Below are positions 7,646 to 16,976 of a stretch of DNA of 45,546 nt, in pieces; the first letter of the stretch is position 1; every line of letters starts with the position of its first letter. The translations under genes and the position numbers were made by a program. The stretch is from Candidatus Woesearchaeota archaeon (GTDB taxonomy: Archaea > Nanobdellota > Nanobdellia > Pacearchaeales > GW2011-AR1): the NCBI GenBank assembly GCA_964354995.1, contig CAYHBQ010000001.1, positions 727 to 46,272 on the forward strand, in the 5' to 3' direction. The notes under the pieces were generated by a model. The model was not told the origin of the DNA and ran no database searches. It saw only the letters and a list, made by a program, of their open reading frames with translations.

Positions 7646-9181
7646 ATGCCTTCTAAATCAGCAGAAGCGGTTAAACTTTGGCTTAAGGATGGCCATAATG
7701 CTCTCTTTGTTTTGATATTGATACTTTCTTTTCTCGTTAGGCTTTATTTTTTCGCCAACGCACACAGCCAACCCCTTTGGTGGGATGAGGCCGAGTATAT
7801 GGCTACTGCAAAACATTGGGCATTTGGCGTACCTTACGATATCAATCCACAGCGACCGCCCCTTTTTCAGTTGGCAGCAATACCCTTCCTCTGGTTCGGT
7901 CTTGGCGAAGGGTCACTCAAGTTCTTCCTCGTCCTCCTTCCCTCAATTTGTACGATAGGGCTTATTTATTTCGTTGGACGAGAACTATTTGGAAAAAGAA
8001 TCGCGCTTATCGCAACAGCCGCATCATCGGTAGTGTGGTCTTTTCTTTTCTGGAGTGTTCGATTTCAGCCAGATTTCTTTTCCTTAAGCTTTCAGCTTCT
8101 CTCAGTTCTCTTTTTCTGGAAAACGTTTAAGGAAGGGAAAAAATCCTTCGCAATCCTTACAGGGCTGTTCATCGCACTCGGGTTCTACTTTAAGATTTCT
8201 GCATTACTTGTCCCATTGTCATTTTTAATATTTATTTTATTCAAGGACGGGTTTTTATTCATCAAAAACAAAAATTATTGGATAATCTTTTTCTCATTTC
8301 TCATTTCACTAATACCTTTCGGCATATGGCAGTATGTTCTCTTCGGAAATCCCGTCGCGTTCGCACCCTCTTACATCGGCGGAACCGGAATTGGACAAGG
8401 ATGGGAGTTAGGATGGATGGCTCTGAACTTTTTTTACCAATTTCCAAAACCTCTTTTCTTTGTTCTATTCTTAGCAGGCGTTGCTCTCTCCCTGTTGCAC
8501 ATAGCGCTCTCGGCCGACTTATACTTCAAAAATAAAGAACGGAGACTCGATTCATCCCTATTTTCGCTAATATTGTTGCTTGTGATGACTTGCTTCTATG
8601 TATTTTACATACGGGGAATAATTGAAGACAGATGGGTCTTCCTCATGGTTCCGTTCATCATGTATTTTTCGGCAAAGGGGCTCGATGCAATCGCAGAAAA
8701 GACGAAGCAACTACACCCCCACGCCCCGCTTATAGTAATCCTTGTCGCGCTTATCCTTCTTGCGTACGTGCAAGTACAGCATGCACATTCGTTGATCGAA
8801 TTGAAAAAGACATCGTACCTCCCCGTTAAAGAAGCGTCGTTATGGATTAAGCAAAACTCTGCCCCCGAAGATACAATACTTAGCAATTCTTATACGCAAG
8901 CAACTGCTTACGCCGAAAGGAAAATTCTGCCTTATCCTGCGCTTGTGAGAAATGAAAGCGATAGTTATTCATACATGCCTTCGAGTAAAGAGATGCTTGA
9001 CAAACTCGTAGCTGAGAATCATCCGACATATTTAATGGTTTCCATATTCGAGAGACATCCCGATTGGACGCAAGAATGGTTGAACGAGAATCAGCTTAGA
9101 CTAAATCCCGTACAAGCCTATTTTGCGGATGCGCAAAAGACACAAGCAACATTAATAGTCTACGAGATAAACTACGTTTAG
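7646..9181 (+). CDS. GT-C membrane glycosyltransferase, GT39/PMT_2 (ArnT-like) family
   Basis: 511 aa, polytopic, with PLWWDEAEYM near the first loop as in ArnT/PMT_2 proteins. TATAAATA at 7617..7624 lies 21 nt before the ATG. Confidence 0.7.
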   Translation: MPSKSAEAVKLWLKDGHNALFVLILILSFLVRLYFFANAHSQPLWWDEAEYMATAKHWAFGVPYDINPQRPPLFQLAAIPFLWFGLGEGSLKFFLVLLPSICTIGLIYFVGRELFGKRIALIATAASSVVWSFLFWSVRFQPDFFSLSFQLLSVLFFWKTFKEGKKSFAILTGLFIALGFYFKISALLVPLSFLIFILFKDGFLFIKNKNYWIIFFSFLISLIPFGIWQYVLFGNPVAFAPSYIGGTGIGQGWELGWMALNFFYQFPKPLFFVLFLAGVALSLLHIALSADLYFKNKERRLDSSLFSLILLLVMTCFYVFYIRGIIEDRWVFLMVPFIMYFSAKGLDAIAEKTKQLHPHAPLIVILVALILLAYVQVQHAHSLIELKKTSYLPVKEASLWIKQNSAPEDTILSNSYTQATAYAERKILPYPALVRNESDSYSYMPSSKEMLDKLVAENHPTYLMVSIFERHPDWTQEWLNENQLRLNPVQAYFADAQKTQATLIVYEINYV

Positions 9182-9220
9182 TTTCCTAATGTTTAAATAC
9201 GAATTAAGGCAACATCGCAC

Positions 9221-11047
9221 ATGTGCGGTATAACCGGTTTTACCTGGGCCGATTCTTCGTTAATCAAGAAGATGACTCAAGTCATTAAGCATAGGGGTCC
9301 GGACGATGTGGGGCTCCATATAGCTTCAGGAATATCTCTGGGACATCGAAGGCTAAGCATCATTGACTTGTCCCCAAAGGGACACCAACCCATGTTCAAT
9401 GAAGATAGAAAAATAGTTATAACTTTCAACGGAGAGATTTGGAACTATAAAAAACTGAAAGCAGACCTTGTAGAAAAAGGGCACCTATTTCGAGGAGCAT
9501 CTGATACAGAGGTCATAGTGCATGGTTATGAGTCTTACGGAGAAAAAATTTGTTCTATGCTTGAAGGCATGTTTGCCTTCGCACTTTACGATGCAAAACA
9601 GAGAAGGCTCCTTCTCGCAAGGGACAGACTTGGTAAAAAACCGCTTTATTATACAGAAACAAAGAAAGGATTACTGTTTGCGTCAGAAATAAAATCGCTC
9701 GCCGTCGATTCCATTCCTCTTGTTCTTGATAACGAGACCCTCTCGGACTATCTCGCCCAGCGATTCTCGCCGAAAGACAAGACAATGTTTAATAAAATAA
9801 AAAAAGTACTTCCGGGAAGTTACGTCTCCTATAAGGACAAAAAAATAGAGTCGAAGAAATACTATGCCCTCCCCGAGTTTAACGTACGAAACGAACCGAG
9901 CATAAAAAAAGCAGATTCGTTAATCAAGGATGCAATTCAAAAAAGACTTATGTCAGATGTACCCATAGGAGTTTTTCTCTCAGGAGGTCTCGATTCAAGT
10001 GCAATCGTGGCATATATGTCCCAGATGTCTTCTAACATAAAGACCTTTTCGGTCGCTTTTAATAGCAAAGTAGACGAATCGAAGTATGCCCGAATTATCG
10101 CAGAAAAATTCAAGACAGAACATCACGAAATTAGAGTAGACTCTGATCTTCTACACTATCTTCCTGAAGTAATCTGGCATCTCGATGAGCCACTCGCAGA
10201 CCCTGCTTGCCTTCCCACGTATTTTCTTTGCCGAGAAGTATCCAAACATGTAAAAGTTGCGTTATCAGGAGAAGGAGGGGACGAAATTTTTGGAGGATAT
10301 CAAAGTTTTAATTACATCCCTGAGATAAAGATTATCCAAAATTTTCCAAGGTCAATTAGATCAGCTCTTGCAGCGTATGCGTTTGCACTCGCTAAATACA
10401 AAACGTATCCTGAAAAACACAAGTTTCTCGCAATTGCTAATATTTTAAAGAAAACCTCTTTGAAAGAAGCCTTTAAAGAACTTTTTTATTTTGCATTTGA
10501 CACGAAAGAGAGATTAGAGATATTTTCAAAGGCATTAGAAGAAGATGCCTTTGATCGTATCTTTGCAGAGTCTTCTTCATTAGATGAAGCGGCACAATCC
10601 TATTATTTTAAGGAATGGTTGCCTAACGACTTGCTCATGAAAGCAGACAAAATGAGTATGGCCTTCGGGTTGGAGGTGAGAACTCCCTTTCTTGATCAGG
10701 AACTTCTCGAATATTTTTCTGGCTTAGACCCGAGAGAGAAACGGAAGAGAAAACTTTTCAAACAAGTCGTTGCGAACTATCTTCCTCAAGAAATTCTAAA
10801 CAAAAAGAAACAGGGTTTTACACTTCCTCTTTTCGAATGGTTCGGAAGTCGAGAAACGTTAGAACGAGTTCGACCCTTCCTTGAAAGACTGAAGAAGAGA
10901 GAAATCTTTTCCGAGAAAGTAATTGAAAACCTTTTGCAAAATCCGACTGCATTTAAAAACGAACATAAAATTTGGGTGTTGCTCAATTTTGAGATTTGGT
11001 ACGAACTTTATATAGAAAAAATTCCCTTGAAGGAGATAAAACTATGA
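9221..11047 (+). CDS. asnB: Asparagine synthase (glutamine-hydrolysing), AsnB family amidotransferase
   Basis: MCGITGF Ntn-amidotransferase start and SGGLDSS PP-loop. 608 aa. Confidence 0.9.
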   Translation: MCGITGFTWADSSLIKKMTQVIKHRGPDDVGLHIASGISLGHRRLSIIDLSPKGHQPMFNEDRKIVITFNGEIWNYKKLKADLVEKGHLFRGASDTEVIVHGYESYGEKICSMLEGMFAFALYDAKQRRLLLARDRLGKKPLYYTETKKGLLFASEIKSLAVDSIPLVLDNETLSDYLAQRFSPKDKTMFNKIKKVLPGSYVSYKDKKIESKKYYALPEFNVRNEPSIKKADSLIKDAIQKRLMSDVPIGVFLSGGLDSSAIVAYMSQMSSNIKTFSVAFNSKVDESKYARIIAEKFKTEHHEIRVDSDLLHYLPEVIWHLDEPLADPACLPTYFLCREVSKHVKVALSGEGGDEIFGGYQSFNYIPEIKIIQNFPRSIRSALAAYAFALAKYKTYPEKHKFLAIANILKKTSLKEAFKELFYFAFDTKERLEIFSKALEEDAFDRIFAESSSLDEAAQSYYFKEWLPNDLLMKADKMSMAFGLEVRTPFLDQELLEYFSGLDPREKRKRKLFKQVVANYLPQEILNKKKQGFTLPLFEWFGSRETLERVRPFLERLKKREIFSEKVIENLLQNPTAFKNEHKIWVLLNFEIWYELYIEKIPLKEIKL

Positions 11048-12063
11048 GCTCAAAGAAAGGCCTTCCAAAAGTCAGTTTTATCCTCGGAATTCTTAACGCC
11101 GAACGAACACTTGAAGAATGTTTGAAAGGAATCTTCATGCAAGACTACCCAAGGGATCTTTTCGAGGTAATTATCATCGATGGAGGCTCAACGGACAAGA
11201 CTCTTCAGGTCATTGATTCATTTATGCGTAAAGAAAGGAACATTTCTCTCCTCCATAATCCAAAAAAACTTTCAGAAGGCCGAGGTATGAGCAAAGACAT
11301 GGGTATAAAAAAATCTAAAGGAGATATTGTAATTCTCTTAGACCATGATAATCTTATTTCAGACCCTCAATGGCTAAGAGGGATATTGCGGCCCTTCAGA
11401 GATAAACAAGTTATGGCCTCCCAATCGCTTTTAGAGTTCAGGAAGGAGGACTCAAATTTTCTTAAATACATCAACGCAGCAGGAGTTGAAGACCCCTTTG
11501 CTATACCTTATTCCCTCGTTGCGCAGGTGCAATTATATCCCCATAAGTTTCGATTAGTTGAAGATGTTTATTATGTCCATAAGCTTAATCCAAATTCGGT
11601 TCTTTTTGGTGGAGCGAATGGCTGTGCGTTCGTAAAAGACGTTTTTGAAAAAATCGGAGGGTATACGAGAGACGTGGATGTTTTTGCAAAAATGGCTGAA
11701 CTTCGTATGCTTGTTGCAGTCCCTAAAAACGTCAGATTATATCACAAAACTGCAAGCAATCTGTGGTCCTTTATGAAGAAAAAAGGGCTTTATTTCTATC
11801 GATTTATAAATAAAGAATATGCTGAAAAAGATTTCCAATGGGTTAAACCAGGGCTCGCAAACAAACTTAGATTTTTCCTTATGGTCGCGTCAAATCTTTC
11901 GTTCGTGCTCCCAAGCGTCTTGGCTTTACAAAGGACATTTAAAACAGGGAGGTTCTTTTGGATTTTACACCCATTTTATGTCTTCTTCGTTACACTCGAG
12001 TATGGATTAATAACCCTCCTAAAAATCAAGAACTTCTTCTCATATGCCCGCGTCAAATCTTAA
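11044..12063 (+). CDS. Glycosyltransferase family 2
   Basis: KVSFILGILNAERTLEECL...IIIDGGSTDKT...LDHDN. The ATG at 11044 overlaps the asnB stop (ATGA). Confidence 0.8.
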   Translation: MSSKKGLPKVSFILGILNAERTLEECLKGIFMQDYPRDLFEVIIIDGGSTDKTLQVIDSFMRKERNISLLHNPKKLSEGRGMSKDMGIKKSKGDIVILLDHDNLISDPQWLRGILRPFRDKQVMASQSLLEFRKEDSNFLKYINAAGVEDPFAIPYSLVAQVQLYPHKFRLVEDVYYVHKLNPNSVLFGGANGCAFVKDVFEKIGGYTRDVDVFAKMAELRMLVAVPKNVRLYHKTASNLWSFMKKKGLYFYRFINKEYAEKDFQWVKPGLANKLRFFLMVASNLSFVLPSVLALQRTFKTGRFFWILHPFYVFFVTLEYGLITLLKIKNFFSYARVKS

Positions 12064-13165
12064 CAGCACGTACTGCTATATCTAGTCCGCTTCTGTTTAT
12101 TTGTCGATAGCTGCGATTAGCCCTTCGGCTGAACGTAAGAAAGTTTTTGCTTTTTCCAAGGAAGTACTTGTAGAACAAGTGGACGTAGAGGTTAGCCAAG
12201 AGCGTCCAGCACTCAACCACGTTAAAATGTTCTATTTTAAAGCCAGTCTTTTTCATCAAGTCGCGTACAGACTGGTTCGTATACTGGCGCTCGTGTTGCA
12301 TATAGGTAACAGGATGTAGGTAGTGCAGAAAGTGATTATTGGGCACAGAGATAATAAGCTTACCCCCTGGTTTTAAGAGGGAACGAATGCCCATCAGAAC
12401 TATATCCTCGTTCTTTAAATGTTCGAGCACTTCACACATAACTATCTTGTCGTAATAATACTTTTTTAGAACATTATCTTTGGTAATATCCCCTTCAACC
12501 AGCTTTGTTTTGTGTAAATAATGGGCTGCCTTTTTAAGTTTTGGACCATCTATATCCACGGTCCAACATTCTTTTACTTTATTTTCAAGTATCATTTCGA
12601 TTTCAGGAATATTAGAAATGCCAATATTCAAAACCTTATCTGTTTTTTGCGGATTAACGAGATTGACAAAATAGTCAATACGATCCTTTCCAAGAGGTGC
12701 AATTGACTTAAAAAAGGCGCGATAGTTGCTTCGCAACTCCTTGATGTTCGCAAGGTCAATCTTCGGTACTGTAGCATATCTTTTCAAAAGTTCAGGAGTT
12801 ATTTTTTTAACATCTGTAAAGCAAGAAATTCCCGTTTTCTTTGCAAAGAACTCGCCAAATTCTACTTGATGATTGTTAATATGTTCCCCATATTTTTTTT
12901 GCCGAGGGACCGTAATAACGGGCTTTTGATATTTCATAGAAACCTCTATGAGCGACGTAGCCGATTGGACAATGACCATCCTCGCTTGACGATAATACTC
13001 ATCCAAGGTAGGCGCAAAAGCAAAAAATTCAATATTTTTTGGCTTGTAAGTGCCTGCACCAACCTGAGCAACTATTTTTTCTTTAATATAGGGTGCGATT
13101 TCATCAATTCTTCGGATAAGTCTATCGAATTGTCCGTCATGTGTCCCGACTGCAACAAAAATCAT
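12053..13165 (-). CDS. Alg13-like (Glyco_tran_28_C / PssE-like) domain fused to a class I methyltransferase-like domain
   Basis: N-terminal MIFVAVGTHDGQFDRLIRRIDE. C-terminal half has VMCEVLEHL...LLKPGGKLIISVPN (Methyltransf_11-like). The ATG at 13165 overlaps the Alg14-like stop (ATGA). Confidence 0.7.
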   Translation of the reverse strand: MIFVAVGTHDGQFDRLIRRIDEIAPYIKEKIVAQVGAGTYKPKNIEFFAFAPTLDEYYRQARMVIVQSATSLIEVSMKYQKPVITVPRQKKYGEHINNHQVEFGEFFAKKTGISCFTDVKKITPELLKRYATVPKIDLANIKELRSNYRAFFKSIAPLGKDRIDYFVNLVNPQKTDKVLNIGISNIPEIEMILENKVKECWTVDIDGPKLKKAAHYLHKTKLVEGDITKDNVLKKYYYDKIVMCEVLEHLKNEDIVLMGIRSLLKPGGKLIISVPNNHFLHYLHPVTYMQHERQYTNQSVRDLMKKTGFKIEHFNVVECWTLLANLYVHLFYKYFLGKSKNFLTFSRRANRSYRQINRSGLDIAVRAVKI

Positions 13166-13635
13166 AAAACCCCTCCCCAATATTCTGACTTTTTACCATA
13201 TTTGTGCATCATTTCTCGATGCTGTACTAAGAATCTATCTGCAAAAAAGTAACAAAAGCGCGCAGACCAGTTTGGGGTTTTGACTCGAATAATGGTGTCC
13301 ATAAATACCACCGGTATAGAAAGGATCTTTCCAGCGATAACAGCAGGGATTGAAAGCTGCGCGCCATTAGTGACTATCGCTTCAACACATTCTCTTTTAA
13401 AAAGCCTAATCATTGCAATAAGCGTCTTGAGATACTCAAAGGGATTAAGTTTAAGCACATCAGGCGCAAAATAAAAAGCAGGAAATATCCCCAAGAACGC
13501 GCGCGGAACAAGACCATTTTTGAAAAAGTCTTCGGTAACGAGGATTGCCCGATTATCTCCCAGAACTCTCTCTGTAAAAATAAGTTTCATCTGACCTAAA
13601 TGTCCTCCCTTTGAGGCAACTAATGCGATATTCAT
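13162..13635 (-). CDS. Alg14-like (PssD-like) membrane-anchoring subunit of a bipartite glycosyltransferase
   Basis: MNIALVASKGGHLGQM matches the SSGGH..Q/E motif of the Alg14/PssD family. The ATG at 13635 overlaps the upstream GT2 stop (ATGA). Confidence 0.7.
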   Translation of the reverse strand: MNIALVASKGGHLGQMKLIFTERVLGDNRAILVTEDFFKNGLVPRAFLGIFPAFYFAPDVLKLNPFEYLKTLIAMIRLFKRECVEAIVTNGAQLSIPAVIAGKILSIPVVFMDTIIRVKTPNWSARFCYFFADRFLVQHREMMHKYGKKSEYWGGVL

Positions 13636-14423
13636 TGTTTCCAAATACGGTGATGTACTTTTAACCCTTGCGGGAACGAATCATAGGCACGAACAAGGAA
13701 CCTAAAAGGGGAATAAACAAGACGTAAGCGAACAACTGACAAAAACATCTCAAGAGAAGCCTTAACGAGCTTAATTTTGGAATCGTCTTTACTTTCCCAT
13801 GTTGTTGACGTTTCAACAATTGAGAAACCTTTTTTCCTAAGCTTATAAAGGAGATCTATATCGAAGGCCCATTTTGTAATCTGCATCTTGTCTTGGACAT
13901 ACATAATGGCCTCTCGTCGAAATAGTTTCGCTCCGCACTGGGTATCTCGATACGGAAATCCGAAGAGGCTCCGTACGACAAGATTAAATACAAAACTCTT
14001 GAGCTTAAAGAGCAAGCTCTGTTTGGTGACCTCGCTGTCCCTTCTCCAACGGGAAGCAATGATGCCGTGGTGTCTCCCTATTCGTTCCATAAGCCCCGCA
14101 AAAGCCACAGGGGGCGTAGCCATATCGGCATCAACAAAGCCAATAAGGTCATTAGGGCGCTGCAATGCATCCTTGAACCCTTCCATCACCGCAAATCCCT
14201 TTCCTCCTTGTTTAAATTCAATCAACCGAATATGGCTGTTTGTACGTTTATATTGTTGAACAACGAGGGCAGTATGGTCTTGTGTATTGTTGACGACAAC
14301 CACAATTTCATAGTCTAACGCGTTTTCTAACCTCAATTGCTCAAAATAAGGCCCATACTGTTCAAGAAACAAAGGTATCCTTTTTTCTTCATTCTGAGCA
14401 GGGACCACGATTGAAATGCGCAT
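13632..14423 (-). CDS. GT2 family, dolichyl-phosphate sugar synthase-like (Dpm1/Alg5-like)
   Basis: MRISIVVPAQNEEKRI, VVVNNTQDHT, VDADMATPP (DxD). 263 aa. TTTAAAAA lies 21 nt upstream of the ATG. Confidence 0.75.
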   Translation of the reverse strand: MRISIVVPAQNEEKRIPLFLEQYGPYFEQLRLENALDYEIVVVVNNTQDHTALVVQQYKRTNSHIRLIEFKQGGKGFAVMEGFKDALQRPNDLIGFVDADMATPPVAFAGLMERIGRHHGIIASRWRRDSEVTKQSLLFKLKSFVFNLVVRSLFGFPYRDTQCGAKLFRREAIMYVQDKMQITKWAFDIDLLYKLRKKGFSIVETSTTWESKDDSKIKLVKASLEMFLSVVRLRLVYSPFRFLVRAYDSFPQGLKVHHRIWKQ

Positions 14424-14474
14424 GTATTCCGGTATAGAAAAGCGTTTTTAAAACTACCTAGAACAAGCTAGAAT

Positions 14475-15740
14475 TTACTTATCGGGTCGAGGTAACAAAT
14501 CTTTCAGAGCAATTGCGAGCGTATACATCAAAAAGAGAGCACCAGAACAAACTAAGGCTAAGCTAAACTCCATCTGTGTTTTATGGAAAAGGTAGAAAAG
14601 GATAATCTGTATGACGGGGAAGAGCATAAGGAAGAACGCATGTTTTCCAATACGATTAATCGAAATCTTGTAGAGGACAATAATGTTCGCAATCGAAAAG
14701 AACGAATACGCAAGACCCATAGTGAAAAGAAAGTCTGCGCCCCCTAAATAAGCGTCCGAGCCAAGACCAATTATCCAAATTATCTCTCGCGGGATGAGGA
14801 GATAGAACACAAGGGCCGTCAAGGCGATAACCATCACAAACGCAATCGCTTTCTTGAGAATACGAGAGGTTTTACGTCCCTGTTCAAACCCTTCAGTCGA
14901 TAAAGGCAACATGGCCTTTGCTACGGCCGCGCTAGAAAAGAAGATTACCTTGCCTATGAGAGAGATGAACGCAAATTCGCCTGCTTCTACCGGACTGAAG
15001 AATTTACGTGCAAAAAGAATGTCTGTGCTATAAAGAAGCACTACAGCCGTTATAGCAACCAAGACAGTTAAATTGCCCCTCGTAAAATAAGAAGAGGCTT
15101 CTGTTTGGCGAGTGTGTGCAACAACATCTCGTAAAACGAAGAGACTTATAACGAACGCGAGTGCAAGCCCAATAATCACCCCTATAATTGCCCCATATAC
15201 TCCAAGTCCAACAATAACCAAAACAAGCGCAATAATTATCTTTAAGAAAGACTCTATAAGCAGGCTGCCACCTAATGCAAAAAACCGTTTTTTACCTTGA
15301 ATAATTCCTCGAGTAACGGGAATGGTAAACAATACAAAAAGGATAACTCCTGTAACGCCCACAAGTCTCGCAGGAATTGAAAAAAAGGAGGAAAGGAAAT
15401 GAGTACAGGCTAGTAGAAGGATGAATCCCAAGAAAGCGAACGTGGTTGAACGGCGTAAACTTCGGATGAGGAGGTCTTTTATTTTACCCTGTTCGCGTCG
15501 AGCATTGAATGCACTAGTATACCTCGCAACGACAGTTTGCACAGCCTCCGTTGGGATACTAAACAAATAAACTAAGGACATGAGGGCCGCAAGCACGCCA
15601 TAATCGGAAGGCCCAAGCGTCCGAGCCATAGACATTTGGAATATGTAGTTAAGCACGTTGTAAAATCCAAACATCACAAAGAGAACAAAACTTCCGCGAA
15701 ATAATTCATCTTTTCCTATAGAAAAAAGTTTAGAAAGCAT
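14475..15740 (-). CDS. MOP-superfamily oligosaccharide flippase (Wzx/AglR-like polysaccharide biosynthesis protein)
   Basis: 421 aa with about 12 predicted TM segments. The N-terminus resembles polysaccharide biosynthesis/flippase proteins. Confidence 0.7.
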   Translation of the reverse strand: MLSKLFSIGKDELFRGSFVLFVMFGFYNVLNYIFQMSMARTLGPSDYGVLAALMSLVYLFSIPTEAVQTVVARYTSAFNARREQGKIKDLLIRSLRRSTTFAFLGFILLLACTHFLSSFFSIPARLVGVTGVILFVLFTIPVTRGIIQGKKRFFALGGSLLIESFLKIIIALVLVIVGLGVYGAIIGVIIGLALAFVISLFVLRDVVAHTRQTEASSYFTRGNLTVLVAITAVVLLYSTDILFARKFFSPVEAGEFAFISLIGKVIFFSSAAVAKAMLPLSTEGFEQGRKTSRILKKAIAFVMVIALTALVFYLLIPREIIWIIGLGSDAYLGGADFLFTMGLAYSFFSIANIIVLYKISINRIGKHAFFLMLFPVIQIILFYLFHKTQMEFSLALVCSGALFLMYTLAIALKDLLPRPDK

Positions 15741-16752
15741 GTGTAAAAATGCCTTCTCTGAAAATAAAGAACCCTAAAAGTATAACAATGAACTGAAACG
15801 CCCAAACTAAGTAAACAGAACGTTTCTCGGTCGCCCTAATTCCAAACCTTTGTTGAACGGCAATAGCAAGATGGGTAAGCCCATATACGCGAGGGTAAAG
15901 AAGTTCTAACGTACCATCGGGTGTAGGTTTCCCAAAGGAGGATTTAACGAAGGCCCCCTGAGCCTTGAGAAATACTTCAAGCATAACGGGTATAAAGAAG
16001 AAGACTGCAATCTTTTCAAAATTTCCTAAAATGGCCATCATTGCAATCATACCTCCGATAGGATAGGTCAACGAGTCTCCGGGAAAGACTTTCGAAGGGA
16101 AGAAGTTGTACACCAAAAAGGCGAGCAATGCCATAACAAAACAGAGCCCCAGAAGAGCAAGCCACGTGTTTCCTGTGAGGTACGCGACGAGACTGAGTGC
16201 ACCAAGTATAAGAGCCCCCTGCCCTGCTTCAAGCCCGTTGAAACCTGCAAGAAAGTTGAACGTAGTGGCGGCCCCAACAATTCCAAGGGGTATCAAAACA
16301 AGAGGGTATAGGAGCCCAAGGTTCACAAGTCCGAGAAAAGGGATATCCATTGTAGCCCTTCCTGCATTAATAACAACAAGCGGCAACGATGCAATAACCA
16401 CGAGAATGATGCGCGAGCGACGTGAAAGTCCTCCGCGCTGCCAGCCTAACAAATCGTCCATAAACCCTATACCGCAAAGTAGAACAAGCGCAACCAAGAG
16501 TCCGAACATTTCAATGAGATACAACGAAGAGTGCAAGTAAAATACGCGGTATGCCACAAAGACTAAAATAGAAACCACGAAAACTCCCACGACTGCCGCA
16601 CCACCCGAGCCAGCAACAAGAGGTTTGCTATATTTGTTAACATCGGGCCAAACCAATTTAATCTGATGCGCCTTACGAATCCAATAAGGCACAAGCAGTA
16701 GCGTAAGGAGAAGACTCAGAAAGGGGATGCTGAAGAGTAACGCGTCAGTCAT
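15730..16752 (-). CDS. aglH: UDP-GlcNAc:dolichyl-phosphate GlcNAc-1-phosphotransferase (AglH / Alg7 / MraY-WecA family)
   Basis: Polytopic, with FMDDLLGW (DD motif) and NFLAGFNGLEAGQG (N..aG.NGLe.G motif of the MraY/WecA/GPT family). Confidence 0.85.
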   Translation of the reverse strand: MTDALLFSIPFLSLLLTLLLVPYWIRKAHQIKLVWPDVNKYSKPLVAGSGGAAVVGVFVVSILVFVAYRVFYLHSSLYLIEMFGLLVALVLLCGIGFMDDLLGWQRGGLSRRSRIILVVIASLPLVVINAGRATMDIPFLGLVNLGLLYPLVLIPLGIVGAATTFNFLAGFNGLEAGQGALILGALSLVAYLTGNTWLALLGLCFVMALLAFLVYNFFPSKVFPGDSLTYPIGGMIAMMAILGNFEKIAVFFFIPVMLEVFLKAQGAFVKSSFGKPTPDGTLELLYPRVYGLTHLAIAVQQRFGIRATEKRSVYLVWAFQFIVILLGFFIFREGIFTHAF

Positions 16753-16784
16753 TACGAGAGGTCTCCTTTTTTTGTAGAATCATC

Positions 16785-16916
16785 TTACAACTCGTTAACC
16801 AAGTCTTCGGCATTCTCAATCTCAGACAGTGTTCTGCGCTCGCCACAATAAGGACAGGCGTCCTTAATTGTAGGGGTCTCAAACCGGTAGCCGCACCGCG
16901 TACATAGGGCTTTCAT
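16785..16916 (-). CDS. 43-aa zinc-ribbon protein (CxxC...CxxC), function unknown
   Basis: Own translation: MKALCTRCGYRFETPTIKDACPYCGERRTLSEIENAEDLVNEL. It is below the track's length cutoff. A BRE/TATA-like element lies 20 nt upstream of the ATG. Confidence 0.5.
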   Translation of the reverse strand: MKALCTRCGYRFETPTIKDACPYCGERRTLSEIENAEDLVNEL

Positions 16917-16936
16917 GAGGCTAGATCGTTCAAAGT

Positions 16937-16950
16937 TATTTAAACGTTAC
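16937..16950 (-). promoter_or_regulatory. BRE/TATA-like element GTAACGTTTAAATA upstream of the Zn-ribbon ORF
   Basis: A 14-nt sequence identical to the one at 31454..31467 (uL3 operon promoter). The TATA 8-mer ends 20 nt before the ATG at 16916. Confidence 0.45.
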
Positions 16951-16976
16951 TCCGGGGCTCGTTGAAAGAAGGGCAC

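Noticed and set aside
12053-13180. TTG start at 13180 for the Alg13 fusion, and TTG start at 13644 for Alg14
   Set aside because: ATG codons 15 nt and 9 nt downstream give the conserved family N-termini and form ATGA overlaps with the preceding stops.
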